From the NCBI GenBank assembly GCA_017619375.1, contig JAFZSL010000002.1:23679-87678 (forward strand): 64,000 bases of DNA, written 5' to 3'. Positions 35,087-44,094 of this stretch are shown here, piece by piece. Position numbers and translations under genes: made by a program. The stretch's first letter is position 1. Every line of letters starts with the position of its first letter. Below the pieces are notes generated by a model. The model was not told where the DNA came from. It made no database searches and saw nothing but the letters and a program-made list of their open reading frames with translations. This stretch comes from Prevotella sp. GTDB taxonomy: Bacteria; Bacteroidota; Bacteroidia; Bacteroidales; Bacteroidaceae.

Positions 35087-36485
35087 TTTTCAATATAATC
35101 CTGTGGTATGCAGCGAGGGGCATGGGGCGGTTGTCGTGCACTTCGCATATGACGTGCACCTCGGCGCCGTTAGTATCAGCCGGGATGGTGAGGGTGGTTT
35201 TTTCCTGATTTCCGCTGATGGAGATGGAAGTCGGACAGTTGCCAGCGTCCCGTTGTATCCACCATTTGTATGTGATGGGGTCACCGTCAGGGTCTTTGGT
35301 GCCAGTGGCGTCGAGGGTGATGGTTGTTCCGGCTTGTGTGGTCAGCAGGGTGGGTTGGGGGCCTTGTTCGCCGTTGACGACAACCACAGGGTTTCGATTT
35401 CCCTTTCCTGTTGCCGCCCACTCGATGCGTGCGGCAAAGTCGTTGAAGATATCGGGATAGAATCGTTCCTCGTATTGTCTTGAGATGTTTTTCTGCGGTT
35501 GACGCCAATTGGTCCATGCCACGGTGAGAGAGTCAGGGCACATGTCACGGCAGAAGCATCCCGCCCAACCTATCTGTGTCGGGTCGTCGGGGTCGTGCAG
35601 TCCGTTGGGCAGGATGTTGAGCCAACTTGGTGTATCTCCCTCCACTCCCCATTTGTAGGTGGGGTAGATGCTGCCGAGTTTCCCCTTGCCTTGGATCATC
35701 GAAGCATATTGTGACCAGTTCTTGACCCCCAGTTCATTCTGTGACAGCCATGCACTCTCATCCCAGATGAAGAGGAGGTCTCGTGCAAATTCCCTGCGTA
35801 GCCATTGGTGCGAACTATAGGCGCGGTTGGCACGCATGGCCCACACCATGTCTTGGTCGGTGATGGTGAATAGACGGAGTTTGTTGAGGAATATGCGTAG
35901 TTGTTCTGGGGTGCGTTGCTGGCTCACTTGCCAGATGGCTTGTGCCAATGTGTTGGCACCACCCCATGCTGCCACCCAAAGCGGGCGTGGGTCGTTCTCA
36001 TCCACCAAACGTATGATGAGGTCGCTGCCGGCAGAACGGTTGGCCTCTCCAATGACACCGATGCCCGACTGTGTGCTGCCCATCGCGACGCGGCTTCTCA
36101 GGTATTCGGCGCTGGGCCAATATCCTATCTCCTGACAACCAGACTCCTCTTCCAAGGTGCGGAAGCCCTTCTGTCCGGACCTTTTCATCAGTTGGCGCAC
36201 GTCATGTCCATAGGCGTCGATGACCCGCCAGAGGGAGTCGGCCCACTCTTTGGGGTAGGGGTCGCAGTTCCAACCTGTCGTGGTAATCAGCGCCTCTATC
36301 TCCACCTGGTCGGCGTAGGTCATCAACCTCACCATCGACTCCATGTCGTCGGGTTCGATGTCGCCTGGGGCAATGTCGGTGAGCACCACAAGCCTTGGTT
36401 TCAAGGGGGAGGCATCCGTGGTGACAGTTGGAAGGCAGGAGAGGAGGATGCAAAGAGCGATGAGGCCCAATGTCCTTGAATTCAT
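35076..36485 (-). CDS. DUF1593 (Sde182 nucleoside-hydrolase-like) domain protein with C-terminal Ig-like domain
   Basis: KPRLVVLTDI; EPDDMESMVRLMTYADQVEIEALI; WGGANTLAQAIW; EGDTPSWL; DFAARIEWA..NRNPVVVV; TLDATGTKDPDGD. Start at ATG 36485 preferred. Confidence 0.85.
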   Translation of the reverse strand: MNSRTLGLIALCILLSCLPTVTTDASPLKPRLVVLTDIAPGDIEPDDMESMVRLMTYADQVEIEALITTTGWNCDPYPKEWADSLWRVIDAYGHDVRQLMKRSGQKGFRTLEEESGCQEIGYWPSAEYLRSRVAMGSTQSGIGVIGEANRSAGSDLIIRLVDENDPRPLWVAAWGGANTLAQAIWQVSQQRTPEQLRIFLNKLRLFTITDQDMVWAMRANRAYSSHQWLRREFARDLLFIWDESAWLSQNELGVKNWSQYASMIQGKGKLGSIYPTYKWGVEGDTPSWLNILPNGLHDPDDPTQIGWAGCFCRDMCPDSLTVAWTNWRQPQKNISRQYEERFYPDIFNDFAARIEWAATGKGNRNPVVVVNGEQGPQPTLLTTQAGTTITLDATGTKDPDGDPITYKWWIQRDAGNCPTSISISGNQEKTTLTIPADTNGAEVHVICEVHDNRPMPLAAYHRIILKIEN

Positions 36486-36564
36486 AAGAAAACCAGGACT
36501 CTTAGAAATACTAAAAGTCCCAGTTGCAGTGGATGTGTAAAGCATAATCTTCAATTATTTTTCA

Positions 36565-38739
36565 TCATTTGACCAGTTTCCTGACCGTCTTGAGGAGTTG
36601 TTTGGAGGGAGCAGCTTCCCCGTTGTAGGGGATGAGCCACCATTTCACCGTCCAAGAGAGCGACTCACCAGGAGCAAGTTTGGTGTAAGCACCCTGGCTC
36701 TCTAATTCGATGTAGGTCTTTCCCCTGTTGACATAGACTTGTATCTCTGCTTCGTCGGGTGCCGGTTGGTTGGTGTTGAGGTCTTCGAATTTCTTCACCA
36801 TGAGCAAGCCCTTGTTGAGGTATGCCAGCCAGCCCTTTCCGTCGGCATTGATTTTCCGGTTGTCGTTAGCTTCGTCCGTGGTGTACCATGCGGCTTTGAA
36901 AGCAGTCTTGAAGGGAATGACCCCTGCCGGTGTGATTTGTTCAGCAGGTGCGTCAAAGAAGATGAGGCCCTCGTTGAGCACGCGTGTGATTTCCCATGGA
37001 GCCACCTGCTTTTCCACACCGCTTTCGTTGATGATGGTGTAGGTTACGGTGATGGCTTCCGATTTCTGGTCGGTGGTGAAAGACTTGCGGATGCGGAAGC
37101 CCAGTTTCTTGGAAACGTCGCTGGTGAGCACCAGCGTGTTGCCGTTCTGCTCCATCGTGTATGGGCCTTTGTCGTATTCTTGCACTGGCGGCCAGTTCCA
37201 TTCTTTTTGCGGACTGGTCCAGAAGGTGCTGCCGTATGCTTCTCTCATGGGCATTTGTGAGATGGCCTCTTGCCCCTTGTACTTGTATGACAGGATTTTT
37301 CCTCCTTCGCTTGGGTCGATGGTCATCTTGACATCGCCCGTTTGGATGTAGCATTTAGGGAAGATGACCCTGTAGTGTCCGCTGAGGTGCATGAAAGCGA
37401 AGAGGCGCAGCAGTCCGTCATAGTAGGCATCGAAATAGCCATCCTCGAAAGGTACGTGCTTGGCTTCCCACAACGCCTTTACAAACTCCTTGCTCTTCTC
37501 ATGAGAGCACATCATGGATGCGGCGGCCGTGGTGGCCACCAATCCGATGCTATGGCGCAGTTTACGGAATCCTCCTGCCTGCAGGATTTCATTCCCCTCG
37601 GGCAATGACCCGTCCACGCGGTATTGGTCGACGAAGGAGTCCACGCCCTGGGTGTAGAAGAAGTTTTGTATGCGCTCGCCATATTGGCGTTGCCATTCCT
37701 TGTCGGCGCAGCTCCACTCATAATCGAGGGCAATGTTCATGGGCACGCGCCACGAGTCGTAGCGGAAGTTGCTGCTGCCATTGCGGGGAGGAGTCTGCGG
37801 CTGTCCTTGTTGTCCTTGTGCCTGTGCTTGTCCCTGTCCTGGCGGCCTGCCTGGGAAGCGGGGCATCTGCATCTCGCTGCCGTCATATTGGCACATGTCG
37901 GGGTTGAGGCCCGTCTTCTCGTCAATGGCCTTGTGGAGGAACTCACGGCTCTTTCTGGCACATTCCATCCAATAGTCGCTGCGCCCGTCGTCGGCCCATC
38001 GCGCCCATACCTCATAGAAGGCGGGGATATGATAGGAGGGGTCGGTATAGCGCTGTCCGAATCCATCTGGCGTGAAGGTGATGAGTTTCGTCTCCGGGTC
38101 GATGAGGAACATTTTCTGTGGTCCCGACTGTTGCTGTCCCCCAAAGCCTCCAAATCCCCCAAAGCCTCCTCTCTGCTCAGGCTCGTATTCCTTGGGCATG
38201 GTGCAATTGAGGATATGTTGGGCTTCAGCCTTGTAATTGATGCCTGTGTCGTCGCCCCATCTGTTGGAGGCGAATATCAGGGCCGTGATGAAATACAACT
38301 CTCCGTCGGAGGCCGCTCCCTGGGCGTTGCGTGTGCCGTCGGTCTTCAAACTCCATGCGAAGTAGCCCTCTCGTGGCCCGTCCTTATGTTGCATGTATTT
38401 CTTGCTCCATCTCCATAGACGGTCGAAGATGTCTTTCTTGTCCATCTGCACGGCGATCATCAAGCCATAAGACATGCCTTCCGTTCGCACGTCATGGTTT
38501 TTGATGTCGCTGATGTAGCCCAGCGTGTCGCCCACCTCGAAGTACACCTTGTTGGGACCGGTGAACACATCGTTGAACACTTCCTGCATTTTTCTCTCAA
38601 CGGCCATGGGGTTGTAGCCCATTTCCACGAAGAGGTTGCGATACTGTTGGGTTTCAAAGCCGCCCTTGTCCCAAGGTTTCTGGGCTTGCATGCCGATGGC
38701 AGCCATGGCAAGGAACAGGAGGATAGACCATTTTTTCAT
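36565..38739 (-). CDS. GH8 glycoside hydrolase (xylanase/Rex-like branch) fused to a C-terminal DUF4380-like beta domain
   Basis: Signal peptide; DVRTEGMSYG; FDRLWRWS; GAASDGELYF; TDPSYHIPAF; FRYDSWRVPMNIALD; C-terminal GGKILSYKY...YGSTFWTSPQKEWNWPP. Confidence 0.88.
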   Translation of the reverse strand: MKKWSILLFLAMAAIGMQAQKPWDKGGFETQQYRNLFVEMGYNPMAVERKMQEVFNDVFTGPNKVYFEVGDTLGYISDIKNHDVRTEGMSYGLMIAVQMDKKDIFDRLWRWSKKYMQHKDGPREGYFAWSLKTDGTRNAQGAASDGELYFITALIFASNRWGDDTGINYKAEAQHILNCTMPKEYEPEQRGGFGGFGGFGGQQQSGPQKMFLIDPETKLITFTPDGFGQRYTDPSYHIPAFYEVWARWADDGRSDYWMECARKSREFLHKAIDEKTGLNPDMCQYDGSEMQMPRFPGRPPGQGQAQAQGQQGQPQTPPRNGSSNFRYDSWRVPMNIALDYEWSCADKEWQRQYGERIQNFFYTQGVDSFVDQYRVDGSLPEGNEILQAGGFRKLRHSIGLVATTAAASMMCSHEKSKEFVKALWEAKHVPFEDGYFDAYYDGLLRLFAFMHLSGHYRVIFPKCYIQTGDVKMTIDPSEGGKILSYKYKGQEAISQMPMREAYGSTFWTSPQKEWNWPPVQEYDKGPYTMEQNGNTLVLTSDVSKKLGFRIRKSFTTDQKSEAITVTYTIINESGVEKQVAPWEITRVLNEGLIFFDAPAEQITPAGVIPFKTAFKAAWYTTDEANDNRKINADGKGWLAYLNKGLLMVKKFEDLNTNQPAPDEAEIQVYVNRGKTYIELESQGAYTKLAPGESLSWTVKWWLIPYNGEAAPSKQLLKTVRKLVK

Positions 38740-38778
38740 CTTGTTGAATAATAAGTTGTTAAAGATTATCTTTATTTA

Positions 38779-38843
38779 TAGAAGGCAATAGGATAAGATA
38801 GGAGGCCATGGGAGGTATGGAGAGGCCATAGGGGTAGTATAAC
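38779..38843 (+). repeat. 10-bp-periodic TAGGA-type array
   Basis: TAGAA 38779, TAGGA 38789, TAGGA 38799, TGGGA 38809, TAGGG 38829, ending in TATAAC. Confidence 0.65.
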
Positions 38844-38854
38844 TCATGATGATT

Positions 38855-40072
38855 TCAAAGGCCGATTGCAGCCATGACCTTGTCGGTGGCACCCGCCTGT
38901 CCTTTGACGAATGTTCCGGCATCGTGGCTGACGGTGTCGAGGAACTTGGAGTCGTTGGCCAGACGGTCCATCGTCTCTTGGAAGGTGTCGGGGCCGTCCA
39001 CTTCGAATCCTCCTTTTACAGCGAGCAGGCCCTGGGCTTCTTGGAACCGCTTGTTGTTTGGTCCGAAGATGACAGGCATGTCCCATACGGCAGCCTCCAG
39101 CACGTTGTGGATTCCCACACCGAAGCCACCGCCCACATAGGCCACCTCGCCATATTGGTAGATGCTCGAGAGCAATCCGAAGCAGTTGATGATGAGACAA
39201 CGTGCTTCCGCAGCTTCCTCAGGGGTCGTTTCGGTATATAGCACCGTGGGCATCTTCAGCATCCCCTTTATCTGCCTCAGATGGTCTTCGCCGATGACGT
39301 GAGGCGCGATGATGAGCCGCCAGTCGCTATGCTTGTTGAAATAATTGATGAAGACATCTTCGTCAGGGGGCCAACTGGATCCCGCCACAAAGACGCGGTG
39401 TCCGCGAGAGAAAGCCTCGGCAATGGGGAGTTGTTTGGCGGCGTCCCTGATTTGCAAAACCCGGTCGAAGCGTGTGTCGCCCACCACCGTGGCGTTGTTC
39501 AGGCCGAGGCCTGCGAGCAAATTCCGGCTGGTCTCGTTCTGGACGTAGAAATGTGAGATGCATCTCAGCACATGTGAGTATTCGCGTCCGTACCATTGGA
39601 AGAATACTTGTTCGGGTCGGAAGATGCTCGACACGCTATAGACCGGCACTTTTCGGTGGCGGAGGATATGCAGGTAGTTGTACCAGAATTCGTACTTGAT
39701 GAAAAAGGCCATCACGGGGTGCACGAGCTTGAGGAATCGCCGTGCGTTCCCCGGTGTGTCTAATGGGAGGTAGCAGATGATGTCGGCCCCCTCGTAGTTC
39801 TTTCGCACTTCATATCCCGATGGTGAGAAGAAGGTGAGCAGGATTTTGTATTCGGGATGGTCGCGACGAAGGCGTTCCATCAGAGGTCGGCCTTGTTCAA
39901 ATTCTCCCAATGAAGCGGCATGGAACCACACGTACTGCGCCCCTTCCTCCACCTTCTCGCGCAAGATGTCGAATGCGGCGCGCTCACCACGCCACATCTT
40001 ACGCACCTTCTTGTCTATCAGACTGTAGATGGCCACGCCGAAGAGATAGAAGTATAGGAGGATGGAGTACAC
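38855..40072 (-). CDS. waaA: 3-deoxy-D-manno-octulosonic acid (Kdo) transferase
   Basis: VWFHAASLGEFEQ; TFFSPSGYE; YLPLDT; IKYEFW; GDTRFDRV; IIAPH; GIHNVLEAAVW. Confidence 0.95.
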   Translation of the reverse strand: MYSILLYFYLFGVAIYSLIDKKVRKMWRGERAAFDILREKVEEGAQYVWFHAASLGEFEQGRPLMERLRRDHPEYKILLTFFSPSGYEVRKNYEGADIICYLPLDTPGNARRFLKLVHPVMAFFIKYEFWYNYLHILRHRKVPVYSVSSIFRPEQVFFQWYGREYSHVLRCISHFYVQNETSRNLLAGLGLNNATVVGDTRFDRVLQIRDAAKQLPIAEAFSRGHRVFVAGSSWPPDEDVFINYFNKHSDWRLIIAPHVIGEDHLRQIKGMLKMPTVLYTETTPEEAAEARCLIINCFGLLSSIYQYGEVAYVGGGFGVGIHNVLEAAVWDMPVIFGPNNKRFQEAQGLLAVKGGFEVDGPDTFQETMDRLANDSKFLDTVSHDAGTFVKGQAGATDKVMAAIGL

Positions 40073-40115
40073 GGAAGGGGATTTGTTTGTTGCAAATGAG
40101 ACGTGTCGGTGATTG

Positions 40116-41630
40116 TCAGATCATGGCGATGGCACGTCGTAGCCTTCGCACCGTCTCTTCCTTTCCGAGGAAGGCAGAGATGTCGAACATTCCCGGTCCT
40201 TTTCCGATGCCGACAAGTGCGAGGCGGAAGGCGTTCATCACGTCGCCCAACTTGTATCCCTTTTTCTCGATCCATGCCATCACCTCTTTCTCCTGGTTCT
40301 CGAGGGAGAAGTCGTCGAGGCTTTCCAACAGGTCGGCCAGTTCGCCCATCACTTGCGGCGAGTCCTCTTTCCAACGCTTGCGGACGGTTTTTTCGTCATA
40401 TTCTGTCGGTGGTACGAAGAAGAAGGAGCACAGCGGCCACAAATCCTTGACGAAGTCCACGCGGTCCTTCATCATCGCCACCACCTCGGTGATGCGTTCG
40501 AACGTCTCGTCGACGCCATGGCCGGCGACGATGGGCGCGAAGAGTCCCGCCACCTCTTCGTTGCTTTTGTGCAGCATGTATTCGTGGTTGAACCATATGC
40601 ACTTCTTGTAGTCGAAGCGAGCACCTGACTTCGAGCATTTGTTGATGTCGAACAGGCGCACCAATTTGTCCAAAGTGAACACCTCCTGCTCCGTGCCGGG
40701 GTTCCATCCGAGAAGAGCGAGGAAATTGATGATGGCTTCGGGGAAATAGCCGTTCTCTCGATATCCCATGGACACTTCTCCCGACTTTGGGTCTTTCCAC
40801 TCGAGTGGGAAGACGGGAAATCCCAGTCGGTCTCCATCTCTTTTGGACAGTTTGCCCTTCCCCTCCGGTTTGAGCAACAGTGGCAGGTGTGCGAATCTTG
40901 GCATGGTGTCGGCCCATCCGAGAGCTTGGTAGAGCAGCACGTGTAGAGGCGAGCTGGGCAGCCATTCCTCTCCGCGTATGACATGCGTGATTTCCATCAG
41001 ATGGTCGTCTACGATGTTGGCGAGATGGTAGGTGGGCAGTTCGTCGGCGCTCTTGTAAAGCACCTTGTCGTCCACCACGTCGCTCATGAACTTCACTTCA
41101 CCACGGATGATATCGTCGATGAGCACCTCCTTGCCCGGTTCCACCTTGAAGCGCACCACGTATTGCGTGCCATCCTCAATGAGTGCTTCCACCTCCTCTG
41201 GGGGCATGGTGAGTGAGTTGCGCATCTGGCTTCTTGTTTGTGAGTCGTATTGGAAATTGGGCATTTCGATGCGTTTGGCGTTCAACTCCTCCGGTGTGTC
41301 GAAAGCGATGTACGCCTTGCCGTTCTCCAGCAACTGATCCACGTAGCGACGGTAGATTTTCCTCCGCTCGCTTTGGCGGTAAGGTCCATAGTTTCCGCCA
41401 ATCGACACCCCTTCGTCAAACTTGATGTCCAACCATTGGAAAGCTTCGATGATGTATTCCTCGGCACCAGGCACCAGGCGTGTGGAGTCGGTGTCTTCGA
41501 TGCGTAAGACGAGGCTTCCTCCGTTTTGTTTGGCAAAGAGGTAATTATACAAGGCGGTGCGCACGCCGCCGATATGCAAGGGCCCTGTTGGGCTGGGTGC
41601 AAAACGCACCCTCACTTTTCTGTCAGACAT
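40116..41630 (-). CDS. gltX: Glutamate--tRNA ligase
   Basis: [17 protein letters not shown]; LRIEDTD; [26 protein letters not shown]; KLSKRDG. Confidence 0.98.
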   Translation of the reverse strand: MSDRKVRVRFAPSPTGPLHIGGVRTALYNYLFAKQNGGSLVLRIEDTDSTRLVPGAEEYIIEAFQWLDIKFDEGVSIGGNYGPYRQSERRKIYRRYVDQLLENGKAYIAFDTPEELNAKRIEMPNFQYDSQTRSQMRNSLTMPPEEVEALIEDGTQYVVRFKVEPGKEVLIDDIIRGEVKFMSDVVDDKVLYKSADELPTYHLANIVDDHLMEITHVIRGEEWLPSSPLHVLLYQALGWADTMPRFAHLPLLLKPEGKGKLSKRDGDRLGFPVFPLEWKDPKSGEVSMGYRENGYFPEAIINFLALLGWNPGTEQEVFTLDKLVRLFDINKCSKSGARFDYKKCIWFNHEYMLHKSNEEVAGLFAPIVAGHGVDETFERITEVVAMMKDRVDFVKDLWPLCSFFFVPPTEYDEKTVRKRWKEDSPQVMGELADLLESLDDFSLENQEKEVMAWIEKKGYKLGDVMNAFRLALVGIGKGPGMFDISAFLGKEETVRRLRRAIAMI

Positions 41631-42009
41631 AATCTTGATTTTTGTGCAAAATTAATGTTTTTTTTCTTAATAGTAGCAATTTCATCCGTATTTTATATGA
41701 TGGATATCATAGAAAACCAGTAATCTTGGAAAACAAGAGCCTCAAGGAAACCTATTATCCCTGTTGGTACTGTCTATCAGATGGGAAAAGGCTAAAATAA
41801 CCAATAAAAATGCATTTTTTTCCTTTAAAGGGATGGTGGAATCATTAAATATTGTTATATTTGCTCGCAAAATGGCGAGTGATGAAACGAAATCCGGCAT
41901 CCTTATTGAGAAGGGTGCATCCCCGCCAAAAAGAGAGGATGGCGCCGTGTGGCGCATGAATGAAAACACCGACAAAAAGGGAATAACTAACAACTAATAA
42001 TCTAAAAAT

Positions 42010-43875
42010 ATGAAAAAGTTTATTTTATCAACATTCTTGTCGTGCCTGGCTTTTTGGGCACAAGCCCAGCCTTCAGGCCAGACACTCGCCACCTCCACGA
42101 TATGCAACGAGGATGGTACGGTGACGTTCTATTATCAGAACGATAACGCCAAGGAAGTGATGGTTGATGTTCAGTTTGCTGGTCGTCAGCCAATGACTCG
42201 TGATGCAGAGACTGGATTTTGGAAGGCCACCCTTGGTCCCGCCGCCCCCGACATGTATCCCTATTGCTTCATCGTTGACGGTGTGAGCGTCATGGACCCG
42301 CTCTGCGACCAGTATTTCCCCAATGAGGGTTTCAAAAACAGTTTGTTGGAAATTCCCGTTCTCAAGGGGCATCTTGGCCACGACATCATTGACGGCATAC
42401 CCCATGGCTCGGTGGAGTATGTCTATTACTACTCGAAGAGCCTGGGTGCCACCAACCAAGCCGTGGTCTATCTTCCGCCCAGTTATCAGATGAAACGCGA
42501 AAAGAAATATCCCGTGTTTTATCTCATCAGCGGCACCACCGACACCGAGGAGGTGTATTATAAGGTTGGTCGTGTGAATTACATCCTCGACAACCTTTTG
42601 GCACGTGGAATGGCAGAGGAGATGATCGTGGTGCTCCCCTATGGTAATCCTTTCAAGTTGCTTCCCACGCAGAACGAAGGGTCCGGCATGCCTCAGATGC
42701 AGTTTGGGCGTGATGTGTTCAGCCTCGACCTCATCGACGACCTCATGCCCTTTGTGGAGAAGCATTTCCGCACCATCAACGACCGTGACCATCGTGCCAT
42801 AGGAGGTTTCTCACGCGGTGGCAACCAAGGCCTTTCCATCGGCCTTCGCAACATAGACAAGTTCTCTTACCTCTGCAGCTACAGTTCGTTCACCTCCACC
42901 GACATCCCGCAGGTTTACGACGATGCCGCCTCGCTCAACTCCAAACTCCATCTCTTCTGGTTGGGCGTGGGCACCGATGATTTCCTTTTTGGCAATGCGC
43001 GTGACTATATGGAGTTCCTCGACAAGAAAGGCATTCGCTCGGTAAAGGAATTCACCACCGACAAGTATGGCCACACTTGGATGAACGCCAAGTTCTTCCT
43101 TGGCAAAACCCTTCCCCTCCTCTTCAAGCCCCAGGAGTCCGAGAAGGCGATGGCAGCGGGCCAGCCGGCTCCCGCCGCCACCGGTCAGGAACAGCAGTTC
43201 ACCGCCGGTGTGATGGCTCGTCTCTTCCCTCGTCCCATCGTTTCGCCAGAATATAAGAAAGAGAGTATCGTCTTCCGTTTCAAGGCTCCCGATGCACAGA
43301 AGGTACAGTTGGCAGGCGAACCGTTTGTCCAGCCGCTTTCGATGGAGAAGGATGCCGACGGTGTGTGGTCTGTGGAGTTGAGGGACCATGTGATGGAGAC
43401 TTTCACCTATTACTTCTTGGTGGATGGCATGCAGGTGGCCGACCCGAACAACATGTATCTCGCTCCGTCGAAAGGGTTCAAGCCAAGCATAGCCAGCCAT
43501 CCCTCCAGTCCCTACCATTTCGCATCGATGGGCGCCATCGACCATGGCGAGTTGAGTTATAACATCATGGCCCACGAGGCATGGTACGTCTCCCCGATGG
43601 TGAACCAGCACGGCTTCCCCTCATTCATCCAACTCATCCCCGGCAAGGACGACACGATGGAGAGTTGGTTCAAGGTGGGTGGTGCCAACGCCATCGCCGA
43701 CAAACTCATCTCCCAGAAGAAGACCAAGGCTTGCATTATCACGACGAGCCGTCTTGAGTTCATGCAGCATTCCGAAGGTCCCAAGCCAGAGGTCCACACC
43801 TTGCGCGCCGACGATTACAAGACGTGGGCGGAGCGTCGCAACGCCCTTGAGGCGCTGTTGAAAAAACTGAAGTAG
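42010..43875 (+). CDS. CE1-type carbohydrate esterase with E-set/CBM48-like domains and a degenerate second module
   Basis: Signal peptide; E-set domain (PDMYPYCFIVDGVSVMDP); VYLPPSY; GGFSRGG; GHTWMN; second E-set domain (FRFKAPDAQKVQL..YYFLVDG) followed by a short remnant; TATATTTG at 41856-41863. Confidence 0.85.
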   Translation: MKKFILSTFLSCLAFWAQAQPSGQTLATSTICNEDGTVTFYYQNDNAKEVMVDVQFAGRQPMTRDAETGFWKATLGPAAPDMYPYCFIVDGVSVMDPLCDQYFPNEGFKNSLLEIPVLKGHLGHDIIDGIPHGSVEYVYYYSKSLGATNQAVVYLPPSYQMKREKKYPVFYLISGTTDTEEVYYKVGRVNYILDNLLARGMAEEMIVVLPYGNPFKLLPTQNEGSGMPQMQFGRDVFSLDLIDDLMPFVEKHFRTINDRDHRAIGGFSRGGNQGLSIGLRNIDKFSYLCSYSSFTSTDIPQVYDDAASLNSKLHLFWLGVGTDDFLFGNARDYMEFLDKKGIRSVKEFTTDKYGHTWMNAKFFLGKTLPLLFKPQESEKAMAAGQPAPAATGQEQQFTAGVMARLFPRPIVSPEYKKESIVFRFKAPDAQKVQLAGEPFVQPLSMEKDADGVWSVELRDHVMETFTYYFLVDGMQVADPNNMYLAPSKGFKPSIASHPSSPYHFASMGAIDHGELSYNIMAHEAWYVSPMVNQHGFPSFIQLIPGKDDTMESWFKVGGANAIADKLISQKKTKACIITTSRLEFMQHSEGPKPEVHTLRADDYKTWAERRNALEALLKKLK

Positions 43876-43885
43876 CCCCTTTGTG

Positions 43886-43943
43886 AAAAGTGTTTGAAAA
43901 CATGAGGGATATCAGCGTATTTCTCATGTTTTCAAACACTTTT
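43886..43943. terminator. Perfect 21-bp inverted repeat with 16-nt loop (terminator and/or regulatory site)
   Basis: AAAAGTGTTTGAAAACATGAG (43886-43906) and CTCATGTTTTCAAACACTTTT (43923-43943). Confidence 0.6.
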
Positions 43944-44094
43944 TCGTAGTTGAAACAAAAACGAAACGTTTTGAAACGTTTTTGAAAGGATGTAAAGTTA
44001 AAACATAAACTGGTGCGACAATTATTATTGTTCTTCTCATTTTAAAGAAGTAATTTTGCACAAAACAAATTACAAGTTTAACGCAATCTTTTTT

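Noticed and set aside
41872-41997. 41-codon upstream ORF or structured leader before the esterase
   Set aside because: No leader-peptide signature or recognisable riboswitch; only short hairpins expected by chance.
43886-43943. Invertible promoter (phase-variation switch)
   Set aside because: The IR encloses only 16 nt with no promoter inside and no recombinase is nearby; kept only as a terminator or regulatory candidate.
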